Of a stretch of 64,000 nt of DNA, positions 47,816-58,774 are shown piece by piece. A program made the translations under genes and the position numbers. Numbering within the stretch: the first letter of the stretch is position 1; each line of letters opens with the position of its first letter. The stretch comes from Candidatus Cloacimonadales bacterium (GTDB lineage Bacteria; Cloacimonadota; Cloacimonadia; Cloacimonadales; JAIOQZ01), in assembly GCA_963665815.1 (NCBI GenBank), contig OY762463.1:512001-576000 (forward strand), given 5' to 3'. Under the pieces are notes generated by a model. It was given only the letters and a program-made list of their open reading frames with translations. It was not told the origin of the DNA and searched no databases.

Positions 47816-48733
47816 ATGAAGAAAATACTTTTAACTGTTTTAATTATTTGTATGGCATTGTTTATTTATGCCGGAACCCCTTCATACAAATTCAAATCAG
47901 GAAAATTTGTTACTAAAACTACTGGTCCGTTCCAATCTACAGCCATTACTTATTTTGATGATTATGGCAAGAAGATATATGTCGAGAATTCTATGGAAAT
48001 AAGGATGTATGGTGAAGTGCGGAAGCAGAATAATTCAATGCTTATACTGCCAGATAAATCATACATGATTCAACATGACCAGAAATCATACCTGAAAGTA
48101 CCTGATGATGAAGAAATTAGTATTGATGAAGAATTTATGAACCATAAAGACGACATGGGTAAGAAAGTAGGTACTGAAAAAATCTTAGGCAGAACCTGTG
48201 ACATTTATGTAAAAGATAATATGAAATTCTGGATTTGGAAAGAAATGCCTTTGAAATACGAAATTACTGAAGAAGGTGAAACAATTGTTTCTGAAGTGAT
48301 TAGTATTGAAGAAAATGCAAAAATCCCAGCAAGCAGGTTTAAACTACCTGAAGGTTATTCCAGTCAAGCAGCTCCATCCTTAAACAGAATGAATATGGAT
48401 ATGGAAGCAATGCAAAAAGCAATGGAAGCTCAGGAAGTTCAAAGCAGTGATGCTAAAGTCAAAGCGACACAGGAGACGCGAACCAAACGTCTTGAGCCTG
48501 TTTCTGCAGATAAATTTCAGAAAACAAAATCAGCAGAAAGACTTGATAAAAGCAGAAATAAACGTCTTAAACCTGTTTCTGCAGATAGATTTGAGAAAAA
48601 AGCAACAGAAACTGATAAAGCGGCTGAAGCAAAGAAATTAGCCGAAGAGGAAAAGAAAAAACCAGCCGTAGAAAAAGAAGATACAATCAAGAAAATCAAA
48701 AAATTGAAGAAACTAAAAAATCTCTTCAATTAA
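47816..48733 (+). CDS. Secreted hypothetical protein (DUF4412-like) with charged repetitive tail
   Basis: Signal peptide; VGTEKILGRTCDIY, IPASRFKLPEGY; KRL.PVSAD.F twice. Confidence 0.7.
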   Translation: MKKILLTVLIICMALFIYAGTPSYKFKSGKFVTKTTGPFQSTAITYFDDYGKKIYVENSMEIRMYGEVRKQNNSMLILPDKSYMIQHDQKSYLKVPDDEEISIDEEFMNHKDDMGKKVGTEKILGRTCDIYVKDNMKFWIWKEMPLKYEITEEGETIVSEVISIEENAKIPASRFKLPEGYSSQAAPSLNRMNMDMEAMQKAMEAQEVQSSDAKVKATQETRTKRLEPVSADKFQKTKSAERLDKSRNKRLKPVSADRFEKKATETDKAAEAKKLAEEEKKKPAVEKEDTIKKIKKLKKLKNLFN

Positions 48734-48753
48734 TATAGAATCTTCAGAAATTC

Positions 48754-48782
48754 GCCCTTTGAGAAATCAAGGGGCTTTTTTT
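48754..48782 (+). terminator. Rho-independent terminator
   Basis: GCCCTTTGA/TCAAGGGGC followed by T7. Confidence 0.75.
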
Positions 48783-48905
48783 GCACATGAATTTCCTGGA
48801 AATTAGCAAACAGTTATTTCTTGTTCATCGACAACATATATGAAGAGATAGTTGAGTCAGAGGATTTATAACAATTAATTCCGTGTCCTTACGCTCTTTC
48901 CATGG

Positions 48906-49844
48906 TTAGAGTTGAAAATCTTTCCCCTGCTTGATTCCCTCTGCCAGCAAATGCTTTCTCAGCTTTTCTATCCACTGAGTCTTATGCCCCGGGAATGGAT
49001 TCAGTACTTTCGCACTATCTGCAACATGCGATGTAAACAATCTTGAAATCACAATATCAGGATTAAGCCTTTCAATAACTTTACTGAGCATCACAATATA
49101 CTCTTCATAATCAGGAATCTGATCCTTCACATCTTCATAAATTCCAGACAGCCTTGTTCCCTCATATGCAACCATATTATGAAATTTCACTTCTGATATT
49201 ACTTTAGATTCTGACACGTAATCGATTGTATTCATTATATTTTGCTCAGTTTCTCCGGGTATACCTAATATAAGGTGAACACCAATATGCCTTATGTACT
49301 TTGAGGTAATCTTCAGAGCTTTTTCAAAATCTGCAAACGAGTGTCCCCTATTGAGAAAGCTCAGGCTTTTATCATGTATCGACTGCAGACCGAACTCAAC
49401 AGATACAAATTTCTCCTGCCTGCTGAGGAACTCCAAAACTGACTCCGGTATATAATCAGGTCGTGTTGAGATGATCAGTCCCAGACATTCATCAAGTTCC
49501 AGAATCTCCTTGAATGTGTTGATCAACAGCTCAGGAGAACCTGCCAGAGATGTTTCATCCTGAAAATAAGCCAGTAAACCTACATCCCCAAACATATCTC
49601 TTATTCTTTCAGCAGATTTCCTGAATTGCTGCAGTACATCAGACTCAGATGCCTGGTTCTCCCCTACGAACGTAGAGGGATTGCAGTAAATACAGCCTGA
49701 GTTATTTACTCGATGTGGACATATAAGCCCGGTACTTAAACCTGCTTTATAGACTTTTCTTCCGAATTTTTTCTTGATGAAATCGGAATAGGAATTAATC
49801 AATTCGTTAATCTGCATAGTCAACCTTTCTTCAAAATACGGCAT
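48906..49844 (-). CDS. YhcC/TIGR01212-family radical SAM protein
   Basis: CPHR...GCIYC, AYFQ, STRPD, EFGLQS, NRGH, HLILGIPGE; start may be about 9 codons later. Confidence 0.85.
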   Translation of the reverse strand: MPYFEERLTMQINELINSYSDFIKKKFGRKVYKAGLSTGLICPHRVNNSGCIYCNPSTFVGENQASESDVLQQFRKSAERIRDMFGDVGLLAYFQDETSLAGSPELLINTFKEILELDECLGLIISTRPDYIPESVLEFLSRQEKFVSVEFGLQSIHDKSLSFLNRGHSFADFEKALKITSKYIRHIGVHLILGIPGETEQNIMNTIDYVSESKVISEVKFHNMVAYEGTRLSGIYEDVKDQIPDYEEYIVMLSKVIERLNPDIVISRLFTSHVADSAKVLNPFPGHKTQWIEKLRKHLLAEGIKQGKDFQL

Positions 49845-50041
49845 TACAGTTCATATTCAATATCTTATGACAAATTTTTGTTTACAAATATCATGCACAA
49901 GTTTTTTTTACAATATAGAATTTTGCACTATTTATTGCATTTGATTCAACAAATAGATGCATTAGATCACAAGCAAATATGTTTGACCAAAGTATGTTAA
50001 ACTATTTTGCTGACAATAATTATTTACATTCAGGAGATACC

Positions 50042-50818
50042 ATGAGAAACAGAGACCTTCAAACTGAATCGGTAAAGATACAGAATTTCATCAAAAAGCA
50101 ATTGGAAAATGCCGGAAAAGAAAAGATAATCATTGGTCTTTCCGGTGGAATAGATTCCTCACTTTCAGCCACTCTTGCAGTTAATGCAATTGGGAAAGAA
50201 AATGTTATAGGCATTATGCTTCCGTATAAAACAAGCCATCCGGACAGTCTGAATCATGCAAAGCTCATAGCAGATCAGCTTGGAATAGAAACAACAACAA
50301 TTGATATATCTCCTATGGTGGATGCATATTTTGATTACTACGAAAAAGATGCTGACAGACTCAGAATAGGCAACAGAAAAGCCAGAGAAAGAATGTGTGT
50401 TCTGTACGATTATTCTTCAAAATACAATGGTTTAGTACTCGGTACAGGTAACAAAACAGAGCTTTTAATCGGTTATTTTACTCAATATGGTGATGGCGCA
50501 TGTGCATTCGAACCATTAGGACATATTTACAAGACAGAAGTATGGGATATGAGCAGACTTCTCGGTATTCCTGAAGTTATCATTGATAAAAAACCAACGG
50601 CTGATCTCTGGGATGACCAGACTGATGAAGGTGAACTTGGAATAACATATAAGAACCTTGATGAGCTTCTTTACAGGATCTTTGAAATTGACACAACTAT
50701 CACAGAATTAATGGACTCAGGGTTCTCTCATGATGATATCCTGAAAGTCAAAGCTCTCGTTAAGAATTCTTCATTTAAAAGAAAACTCCCTCCTGTAATG
50801 GAAGAAATTGACGTGTGA
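50042..50818 (+). CDS. nadE: NH3-dependent NAD+ synthetase
   Basis: GLSGGIDS, GNRKARERM, GYFTQYGDG, PTADLW..QTDE; AGGAG RBS before ATG 50042. Confidence 0.95.
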   Translation: MRNRDLQTESVKIQNFIKKQLENAGKEKIIIGLSGGIDSSLSATLAVNAIGKENVIGIMLPYKTSHPDSLNHAKLIADQLGIETTTIDISPMVDAYFDYYEKDADRLRIGNRKARERMCVLYDYSSKYNGLVLGTGNKTELLIGYFTQYGDGACAFEPLGHIYKTEVWDMSRLLGIPEVIIDKKPTADLWDDQTDEGELGITYKNLDELLYRIFEIDTTITELMDSGFSHDDILKVKALVKNSSFKRKLPPVMEEIDV

Positions 50819-50846
50819 ATCTGCCTGATTGAAAGAAAGGATATTA

Positions 50847-52052
50847 ATGCTGAATTTAAAAAAACTATTTAAAACTGATAGATGTGTAAAATGCAAGGAC
50901 AACAAAGGCAGCAGATTCTGCCTGAGACTCGGTAAAGATATATGCTGGAGCTGCTGTAACAAGCTGAGAATTGACCTTACATGCTCTGAAAACTGTAAAT
51001 ACGCATTGCAGGAATACGAACAGAAAGGAATGTTCCAGTTTAAAGCACATACAGAGTCATTTTCAGAATATATTTCTTTGATTAAAGAAAGCATGACTAA
51101 ATGGATGATGTCTGAACAGGAAGCATTCGACAATCAGGTTCCGATACTGATGGCAGACGATCCTGAGAATAAAGAAATACTGCAGAAATACTTGAATTCT
51201 GTCAATTTCCCTGATTTCTTTCCTGTAAAATACCTGTACAAAAAGTTAAAACTTCCGGCAAGAAATACACCGGTTCTCATAAACCATGAGTCTGTGGCAA
51301 ACAGATTTCTTGACTTGTCAATTGAGAATAGCTGGGATGAAGCTGTTAAACTGCTTGACTATTACAGAGATGAAGTTCCTATAGAAATTATAAAAAAACA
51401 CTTATTGCTATGTAAACATCAGGATAGGATACGATCACGTGATGTTCTAACCTCTGCAACAACCAAAGACAATAATTCTGCATTGGTACATTATGAGATA
51501 AACAAAGCTTTTGAGTTGACCCTGCATGTTGTTAACAGAAACGGAGAATGGAGAGTAAAAAGCAGAATTTTCGGTCCTCCAACTCTATTTCACGATGAGA
51601 CAACTATTTGCAAACAGATTGCTGTGTTTTTGCAAACTCAAGATCTCAGTACAACCTTTGATATGCTCAAGAAGTACCTTGATGTTTATCCGGATTCTCC
51701 TGATTTGAACTACTATCAGGGAATGTATCAGTTATTCCATAACAGATTCGAAGCTGCAGCAGAATGGTTTGAAGCTGCTCTTATATTAGAGCCATCAGTC
51801 TATGAGGCTAAGTACAATCTTGCATTTATCAACCAGGTTACTAAAAAGACAGATATTGCAGAGAAAATGTACAAAGAGCTGCTTACAAGAAATAAACAGG
51901 ATGTCAGAGTTCTTAATAATCTGGCATCGATTAATTACGAAAACAATAAACTTGAGGAAGCAAAGAAATATGTTGATGAATGCCTCAAGCTTCATCCTGA
52001 CTACGAAATTGCTCTCAAGAATCTCGAAAGAATAGAGAAAGCACTTAGTTAA
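50847..52052 (+). CDS. TPR protein with Cys-rich N-terminal putative zinc-binding region
   Basis: CVKC...RFC...ICWSCC...CSENC; C-terminal TPRs. Confidence 0.75.
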   Translation: MLNLKKLFKTDRCVKCKDNKGSRFCLRLGKDICWSCCNKLRIDLTCSENCKYALQEYEQKGMFQFKAHTESFSEYISLIKESMTKWMMSEQEAFDNQVPILMADDPENKEILQKYLNSVNFPDFFPVKYLYKKLKLPARNTPVLINHESVANRFLDLSIENSWDEAVKLLDYYRDEVPIEIIKKHLLLCKHQDRIRSRDVLTSATTKDNNSALVHYEINKAFELTLHVVNRNGEWRVKSRIFGPPTLFHDETTICKQIAVFLQTQDLSTTFDMLKKYLDVYPDSPDLNYYQGMYQLFHNRFEAAAEWFEAALILEPSVYEAKYNLAFINQVTKKTDIAEKMYKELLTRNKQDVRVLNNLASINYENNKLEEAKKYVDECLKLHPDYEIALKNLERIEKALS

Positions 52053-52068
52053 ACTTCGGAGTAAGTTA

Positions 52069-53136
52069 ATGAAAATCGTTAGTATTATAGGGGCAAGACC
52101 TCAATTTATAAAGGCAGCAACTGTCACAAGAGAAATTGGTAAACACGATGATGTAACAGAAATTCTGGTGCATACCGGGCAGCATTACGATAAAAACATG
52201 TCAGATGTTTTTTTTGAAGAACTGCAGATTCCACAACCGAAATACAATCTTGAAGTTGGTTCCGGTACTCATGGAGCACAAACAGCAAAAATGCTGATCA
52301 AAATTGAAGAAGTTCTTCTTGAGGAAAAACCTGACTGGGTACTGGTATACGGTGATACAAATTCTACAATAGCAGGTGCACTCGCTGCTGTGAAACTTCA
52401 CATACCTGTAGCACATGTAGAAGCATGTCTCAGATCGTTCAACAGGAAAATGCCAGAAGAAATAAACAGAATAACAACTGATCATGCATCAAGTCTGTTA
52501 TTCACTGCCACAAAGAAATCAATCATGCAGTCAGCTAAAGAAGGACTGGAAGAAAAAACTGTGTTCTCCGGAGATGTTATGTATGATTCAATCCTTTTCT
52601 ATAAAGAGTTTCTGAAAAACAATCCTGATTCTCACTCTGTTGAAGGCATACCTGACAAATTCTATCTTGCAACCATTCACAGACCACAAAACACAGACAA
52701 CCCTGAAAGAATGAAATCCATTTTTTCGGCATTTGAACAACTGAAGTATCCTGTTGTTCTCCCCCTTCACCCGAGAACTCATAAGATAGTTAACGAAATG
52801 GGTTTAAACGGAGATAACATTGTGATAATCCCTCCTGTAAGTTATCTGGAAATGATAAAATTGCTGAATGACTGCGAAAAAGTCCTCACAGACTCAGGTG
52901 GTCTTCAGAAAGAAGCTTACTTCATGCAGAGGCAATGCATAACAATGCGTGACGAGACCGAATGGGTGGACACTCTGCACAATAACTGGAACACTATAAC
53001 TAGTGCAGACGAAGAAAAAATACTTGCCGCAGTAAATTCTGAAATTACCGATTACAAACAAGTTAATGAATTCGGTAACGGTAATGCTGCTGAAATTATA
53101 GTTAATACTCTTAAGAAATCAAATATAACATTATAG
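52069..53136 (+). CDS. wecB: Non-hydrolysing UDP-GlcNAc 2-epimerase family (WecB/WbpI-like)
   Basis: GARPQFIK, HTGQHYD, GDTNST, MPEEINR, TDSGGLQKEA. Confidence 0.9.
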   Translation: MKIVSIIGARPQFIKAATVTREIGKHDDVTEILVHTGQHYDKNMSDVFFEELQIPQPKYNLEVGSGTHGAQTAKMLIKIEEVLLEEKPDWVLVYGDTNSTIAGALAAVKLHIPVAHVEACLRSFNRKMPEEINRITTDHASSLLFTATKKSIMQSAKEGLEEKTVFSGDVMYDSILFYKEFLKNNPDSHSVEGIPDKFYLATIHRPQNTDNPERMKSIFSAFEQLKYPVVLPLHPRTHKIVNEMGLNGDNIVIIPPVSYLEMIKLLNDCEKVLTDSGGLQKEAYFMQRQCITMRDETEWVDTLHNNWNTITSADEEKILAAVNSEITDYKQVNEFGNGNAAEIIVNTLKKSNITL

Positions 53137-53155
53137 AACAGTTTCAGGAGCTCTA

Positions 53156-54226
53156 ATGAGAAAACAATATTTATTGTATTTATTTATAACTTGTCTATTG
53201 CAGATTGTTTCCTGCAAAACGTCAGTTTCTCGAAATATTGACGGTGTAAATATCATAGAGAATAAAAACTGCGATATTGTTAATTTCAATTATGAACCTG
53301 AAACTACCATATCAGATAGTGAAGAACACGAAATCTTTTTTTCTAGAATTGTTGATTTAGATGTTGATTCTGATGGTAATATTTACATTCTTGATGGAGA
53401 TAAATGCAGTTTGTTCAAATACTCAAAAAATGGGGACTTTGAAAGACAATTCTGTTCTCAAGGTAAAGGTCCTGAAGAATTGCTGTTTCCTGAAAGCATG
53501 ACAATAACTGAAAACAATGAGATATTTGTTTATGATGGAGGTAATCAGAGAATATCTATCCTGAATACTGAAGGCAAATACTTAAGAACAATTAAAACTG
53601 ACATTGTTTTAGGTAGATTAGAATCATATATGAGTAATATTCTTGTATCTTCAAGCAGTTTAGAAAGCTTTAGTGAAGCTCAGGAATATTATTTCCATGA
53701 ATACGATTCAAACATGAAGCATATTAAGTCTTTTGGTGAATTTATGCCTGAACTGAAAACTGAGGAAAACTATCTGTTGAAATGTTCAGTGACTTCCACA
53801 TGTAACAATATTGCAGTTAACTCATATATAGCTTCAACTGTATCTGATATTTTCAAAGATGGTGTTCTATCTTACAGAGTAGTAAGACCTTTACCATACA
53901 AACCTGCTAAATCAGGTCAAAAAGAAAAAAACATTTATGAAGTTGATGTTGTCACAAAAAGTGTTGCAGTATCTGATGAGGGTGAAATTTTTTACCTGAC
54001 TGCCGGCTATAAAGAACATAAGGACGGACAACCTGCTCTCAGTTATTTAGACGTTACTACATCTGATGGCTTGATGTACAACCGTTATAGCATTAATAAA
54101 AATATCAGCATGATTCATGTTGATTCATTCAAAAGACTATTTCTTGTAGATTCCGAAAATCAGAATATTCTTGTCTATAATTCTGTTGTTGATAATGTTG
54201 AATCTGCAATGAAAAAAAAGAAGTAA
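53156..54226 (+). CDS. 6-bladed beta-propeller (NHL-like) lipoprotein
   Basis: Lipobox IVSC; DVDSDGNIYILD, GKGPEEL..P. Confidence 0.8.
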   Translation: MRKQYLLYLFITCLLQIVSCKTSVSRNIDGVNIIENKNCDIVNFNYEPETTISDSEEHEIFFSRIVDLDVDSDGNIYILDGDKCSLFKYSKNGDFERQFCSQGKGPEELLFPESMTITENNEIFVYDGGNQRISILNTEGKYLRTIKTDIVLGRLESYMSNILVSSSSLESFSEAQEYYFHEYDSNMKHIKSFGEFMPELKTEENYLLKCSVTSTCNNIAVNSYIASTVSDIFKDGVLSYRVVRPLPYKPAKSGQKEKNIYEVDVVTKSVAVSDEGEIFYLTAGYKEHKDGQPALSYLDVTTSDGLMYNRYSINKNISMIHVDSFKRLFLVDSENQNILVYNSVVDNVESAMKKKK

Positions 54227-54266
54227 AATAATTTTAAATATTAACGATAATTCAATAGAGGTAAAA

Positions 54267-55301
54267 ATGAAAGAATTAAAATTTAATCTGATCGGATGCG
54301 GAAGAATATCTAAAAATCATTTTGAATCTTTCCAGCAGATTGAAGGGGCTGAAATTACAGCTTGTGCAGACATAATCGTTGAGAGAGCTGAAGAAGCTGC
54401 TCAGAAATACAACATTCCTAAATTCTATCAAGACTACATCGAAATGCTGGAAACAGAAAAACCTGATTGTGTAATCATCTGTACTCCTAGCGGAATGCAC
54501 CCTGAAATGGGTATCGAAGCTGCAAACAGAAAAATAAATGTTGTCACTGAAAAACCAATGGCAATTAAACTTGATGAGGCTGATGCTCTTGTAAAAGCGT
54601 GCGACAGAAACGGTGTAAGACTTTTTGTTGTTAAGCAGAACAGACTCAACACAACTATCCAGCTTCTAAAACGGGCAGTTGATAAAGGCAGATTCGGTAG
54701 AATTTACATGGCTCATTGTAATGTTTTCTGGCAAAGACCTCAGAGCTATTACGATCTGGCTAAGTGGAGAGGAACCTGGGAATTTGACGGTGGCGCATTT
54801 ATGAATCAAGCCAGCCACTATGTTGATAAAATGCATTGGTTGATCGGGCATGTGGACCATGTTCTTGCAGAAACTGCCACTCTCGACAGACATATTGAAG
54901 GGGAAGATACCGGTTCAGCTATCCTTAAGTTCCGTAATGGAGCAATAGGAACACTCAACGTAACGATGCTTACCTACCCGAAAAACTTTGAAGGATCTCT
55001 AACAATACTCGGAGAAAAAGGTACCGTAAAAGTAGGTGGAATTGCCGTTAATAAAATTGAAAAATGGGAATTCGAAGATTATGATGATGATGACAGAATT
55101 GTCCATGAAAGCAATTACCAACCACCAAATATCTATGGTCTTGGACACCTTCCATATCACAAGAATGTTGTGGAAACACTTCGTGGTAAAGCAGAAGCCA
55201 ATACAGACGGTCGTGACGGAAGAAAATCTCTCGAGATAATTCAGGCAATCTACCTGTCAGCAAAAACAGGTAAAAAAGTTTCCTTACCACTTTCGATCTA
55301 A
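54267..55301 (+). CDS. Gfo/Idh/MocA oxidoreductase, WbpB/WlbA-like UDP-sugar 3-dehydrogenase
   Basis: IGCGRIS, EKPMA, VKQNR, WRGTWEFDGGAFMNQASHYVD. Confidence 0.85.
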   Translation: MKELKFNLIGCGRISKNHFESFQQIEGAEITACADIIVERAEEAAQKYNIPKFYQDYIEMLETEKPDCVIICTPSGMHPEMGIEAANRKINVVTEKPMAIKLDEADALVKACDRNGVRLFVVKQNRLNTTIQLLKRAVDKGRFGRIYMAHCNVFWQRPQSYYDLAKWRGTWEFDGGAFMNQASHYVDKMHWLIGHVDHVLAETATLDRHIEGEDTGSAILKFRNGAIGTLNVTMLTYPKNFEGSLTILGEKGTVKVGGIAVNKIEKWEFEDYDDDDRIVHESNYQPPNIYGLGHLPYHKNVVETLRGKAEANTDGRDGRKSLEIIQAIYLSAKTGKKVSLPLSI

Positions 55302-55302
55302 T

Positions 55303-55818
55303 ATGGCTGGATTTGTACTCTGGTTTACAGGACTTTCAGGTTCAGGAAAGACTACACTTGCAAAGTCTGTGATCTCTGCTATAGAAGGCAAAACTCCGGT
55401 TGAGCATCTTGATGGAGATGTAATCAGAGACAGGTTTCCCGGAACAGGATTTACAGGAAAAGAAAGAAAAAAACATATACAAAGGGTGGGCTTTATAGCC
55501 CACCTTCTCGAAAAACACAATGTGGCTGTTGTCGTATCATTAATTTCTCCGTTCAGAGAAACCAGAGATGACATCAGAGCAATGTGTACAAACTTCATTG
55601 AAATTCATTTATCAACCAATCTCTGTGTGTGTGAAAACAGGGATGTAAAAGGACTTTACCGGAAAGCCAGAAATGGTGAAATAAAACATTTCACAGGAAT
55701 TGACAGTCCTTACGAACCACCATTGAACCCAGAGCTTACCATCAATACTGAAATCATTTCTATCGAAAATTCCACTACCGAAATTGTTAATTACCTGATC
55801 TCAAGAGGTTTAATATGA
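55303..55818 (+). CDS. cysC: Adenylyl-sulfate kinase
   Basis: [32 protein letters not shown]. Confidence 0.95.
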   Translation: MAGFVLWFTGLSGSGKTTLAKSVISAIEGKTPVEHLDGDVIRDRFPGTGFTGKERKKHIQRVGFIAHLLEKHNVAVVVSLISPFRETRDDIRAMCTNFIEIHLSTNLCVCENRDVKGLYRKARNGEIKHFTGIDSPYEPPLNPELTINTEIISIENSTTEIVNYLISRGLI

Positions 55819-56693
55819 ACGATCTGCAAAAACTTGAAAGCAACAGTATTCAGATAATCCGAGAAGCCTATGCCTGTTTTAAAAACATGGGAATGCTCTG
55901 GTCTATAGGCAAAGACAGTACTGTTTTGCTCTGGCTAACCAGAAAAGCCTTTTTCGGTCATGTTCCGTTTCCATTAATTCATATTGATACGAAGTACAAG
56001 ATTCCTGAGATGATACGTTATAGGGATGATCTTGTCAGAAGATGGAAACTGAAGATGGTCGTGGGCAGCAATATAAAAGCTCTTGCAGATAAGGAAACCT
56101 ATCCTGATGGAAAAACAGACCGACTTACTTGCTGTAAAAACCTTAAATCCGAAGCATTGAAGAATACATTGAACGGCTACTGGAGAAGACAGATTTTCGA
56201 TCATGAAAAAGACTGCTACGTAAATGATGAAAACAGATATGCATTTCAAGGTGTTATCGTTGGTATCAGAGCTGACGAAGAAGGTTCCCGTTCTAAAGAA
56301 CGCTACTTCTCTGCACGTAATTATGATAACGACTGGGAAATTGCCAGCCAGCCTCCTGAATTCTGGAGTTATTTTAAAACAGACTTTGCTCCGGGAACTC
56401 ATGTAAGAGTTCATCCGCTTCTGGACTGGACAGAACTTGACATCTGGAGATACATTGAGCATGAAAACATCCCAATGGTTTCCCTTTATTATGATCAGGG
56501 AGATGGTAAGCGATATCGCTCTTTAGGCTGCGGCACCTGCACCTTCCCTATTGACTCAACTGCTGCTGACAATGCAGATATTATCGAGGAACTGGAATCA
56601 GGGCAGCTTGCTAATATTGGAGAACGTTCCGGTAGAGCTCAGGATAAAGAAGATGGTGGTCTGGAAACCCTGAGGAAGAACGGGTATATGTAA
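55815..56693 (+). CDS. cysD: Sulfate adenylyltransferase subunit 2
   Basis: [37 protein letters not shown]. Confidence 0.93.
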   Translation: MNDLQKLESNSIQIIREAYACFKNMGMLWSIGKDSTVLLWLTRKAFFGHVPFPLIHIDTKYKIPEMIRYRDDLVRRWKLKMVVGSNIKALADKETYPDGKTDRLTCCKNLKSEALKNTLNGYWRRQIFDHEKDCYVNDENRYAFQGVIVGIRADEEGSRSKERYFSARNYDNDWEIASQPPEFWSYFKTDFAPGTHVRVHPLLDWTELDIWRYIEHENIPMVSLYYDQGDGKRYRSLGCGTCTFPIDSTAADNADIIEELESGQLANIGERSGRAQDKEDGGLETLRKNGYM

Positions 56694-56701
56694 GGAGTGT
56701 G

Positions 56702-58495
56702 ATGATGGAAACAATGAAGATAGTTATTGCCGGACATGTAGATCATGGTAAATCAACCATTATTGGACGCCTGCTTGCAGATACCGATTCACTCCCTGAA
56801 GGAAAGCTGGATCAGGTAAAACAGTTTTGCCACAACAACTCCCGTCCCTTCGAATACGCTTTTCTGTTAGATGCGTTGAAAGACGAACAGGCTCAGGGAA
56901 TTACAATAGACTCTGCACGGGTTTTCTTTAAATCAGCGAAACGTAAATACATTATTTTCGATGCTCCCGGGCACATAGAGTTTCTCAAAAACATGGTAAC
57001 CGGTGCTTCACAGGCAGAAGCTGCATTACTGGTTATAGACAGTTCTGAAGGTATTAGGGAGAATTCAAGAAGACATGCTTACATGCTTTCTCTGCTTGGA
57101 ATAAAACAGATTGCCGTTTTGGTTAATAAAATGGATCTCGTTAACTGGTCTGAAGAAGTCTTCAACAGCATAAAATCGGAATTCACAGAGTTCCTCAAAG
57201 GTCTTTGTATAGAACCGAGAGCATTTATACCTGTCAGTGGGCTCACAGGTTCCGGTATAACCGATACTGTTAAGAACCAATACAGCGAGTATGAAAACCA
57301 TGTCCTGAATGTACTGGATACGTTCGAATCAGTCAGTTCGTCATCTGATCTGCCGTTCAGGATGCCTGTACAGGATGTCTACAAATTCACCGCAGAGGGT
57401 GATAACAGAAGAATTGTTGCAGGATCTATAAGATCAGGATCAATCAAAACTTCTGATGAAGTCGTTTTCTATCCATCTCTGAAAAAAAGCAGGATTTTCT
57501 CTATAGAGAGTTTTCCTCCAGTAAAAACCGGTAAACTTTCTACCGGAGACCACTGCGGTTTTACTCTGGAAGAGCAGATATTTATCACCAGAGGTGAAAT
57601 TGCTGCCTTGCAGAATGAAACACCTCCTCACGTTTCCGGCAAACTTCTGGTTAGTCTGTTCTGGTTGAGTAAAAACAATCTTGTGTTAAACAAAGAATAT
57701 CTGATAAAAATAGGAACAACCAAAGTTCCCTGTAAAATAGAACAGTTTAATAAAATACTCAACAGCTCAGATCTCAACATTATCTCTGATAGAAAACATC
57801 TTGAGAACCACGAGGTCTGTGAATGTGTCATATCCTGCAGAACCCCAATTGCATTTGATGCGGATAACAGACTACCCGATACATCCCGTTTTGTTCTGAT
57901 TGATGATTATGAGATTTCCGGTGGTGGAATCATTAGAGAAGCAGTTTCCGACGATCAGCAGAAGATACGCGATGATGTCAGGATCCGTGAATCTAAATGG
58001 ATACACAGTAATATAAACCTTGCCGAACGCTCAGAACGATACAACCAGAAACCTTTACTGATAATGATTACCGGTAAAGGGAAAACCGGACGTAAGACTC
58101 TCGCACGTGATCTTGAGAAAAAAATGTTTGAAAAAGGAAAGTTCGTTTATTATCTTGGTATGGGAAGTGTCCTTTATGGTGTAAGCTCTGATCTGAAAGA
58201 ACGTGATGCTGATAGCAGACAGGAAATCATAAGAAGATTCACGGAGGTTGCCAATATCATGCTTAATGCCGGGCTTATCCTGATTGTAACAGCTCTTGAA
58301 TTCACTCTTATTGAGCAGAGAATGCTGGAAACAATCATAAACAACGTAGATGTTAAAACTATCTGGACAGGAAATGAGATCAGTACAGATCTTAAACCGG
58401 ATATACATTTCAGCAATGATATGGATCTACAGTCCCGTACATCTGAAGTTCTCGATATCCTCGGAAATGAAGGTTATATATTTAAGTCGTGGTAA
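56702..58495 (+). CDS. cysN: Sulfate adenylyltransferase subunit 1 with degenerate C-terminal APS-kinase domain
   Basis: [28 protein letters not shown]-terminal [11 protein letters not shown]. Confidence 0.9.
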   Translation: MMETMKIVIAGHVDHGKSTIIGRLLADTDSLPEGKLDQVKQFCHNNSRPFEYAFLLDALKDEQAQGITIDSARVFFKSAKRKYIIFDAPGHIEFLKNMVTGASQAEAALLVIDSSEGIRENSRRHAYMLSLLGIKQIAVLVNKMDLVNWSEEVFNSIKSEFTEFLKGLCIEPRAFIPVSGLTGSGITDTVKNQYSEYENHVLNVLDTFESVSSSSDLPFRMPVQDVYKFTAEGDNRRIVAGSIRSGSIKTSDEVVFYPSLKKSRIFSIESFPPVKTGKLSTGDHCGFTLEEQIFITRGEIAALQNETPPHVSGKLLVSLFWLSKNNLVLNKEYLIKIGTTKVPCKIEQFNKILNSSDLNIISDRKHLENHEVCECVISCRTPIAFDADNRLPDTSRFVLIDDYEISGGGIIREAVSDDQQKIRDDVRIRESKWIHSNINLAERSERYNQKPLLIMITGKGKTGRKTLARDLEKKMFEKGKFVYYLGMGSVLYGVSSDLKERDADSRQEIIRRFTEVANIMLNAGLILIVTALEFTLIEQRMLETIINNVDVKTIWTGNEISTDLKPDIHFSNDMDLQSRTSEVLDILGNEGYIFKSW

Positions 58496-58774
58496 AACTA
58501 TGGTAACTTTTATTCAATGCAGTTTGCGGAGTAATATTCATAAAATTCTTTATCCTTCAATTCATGTTCAAGAATATTCTGGAATTGATATTTCAACATC
58601 ATTTTGTGTCTCATAGGCATTTCATTGTCAAACCTTCAGCAATTTTATCTGGATTTAACTCGTCGAAAACATTATCAATATTAGAGCATTCCACTGGTGT
58701 TCAGGATAAATCAACCGTAGGATTGTCTCTACGCGATATAAAAAAAGAGGAACAAACTGTTCCTCTTCTATAAA

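Noticed and set aside
58564-58773. 69-aa ORF after cysN
   Set aside because: No RBS or motif support.
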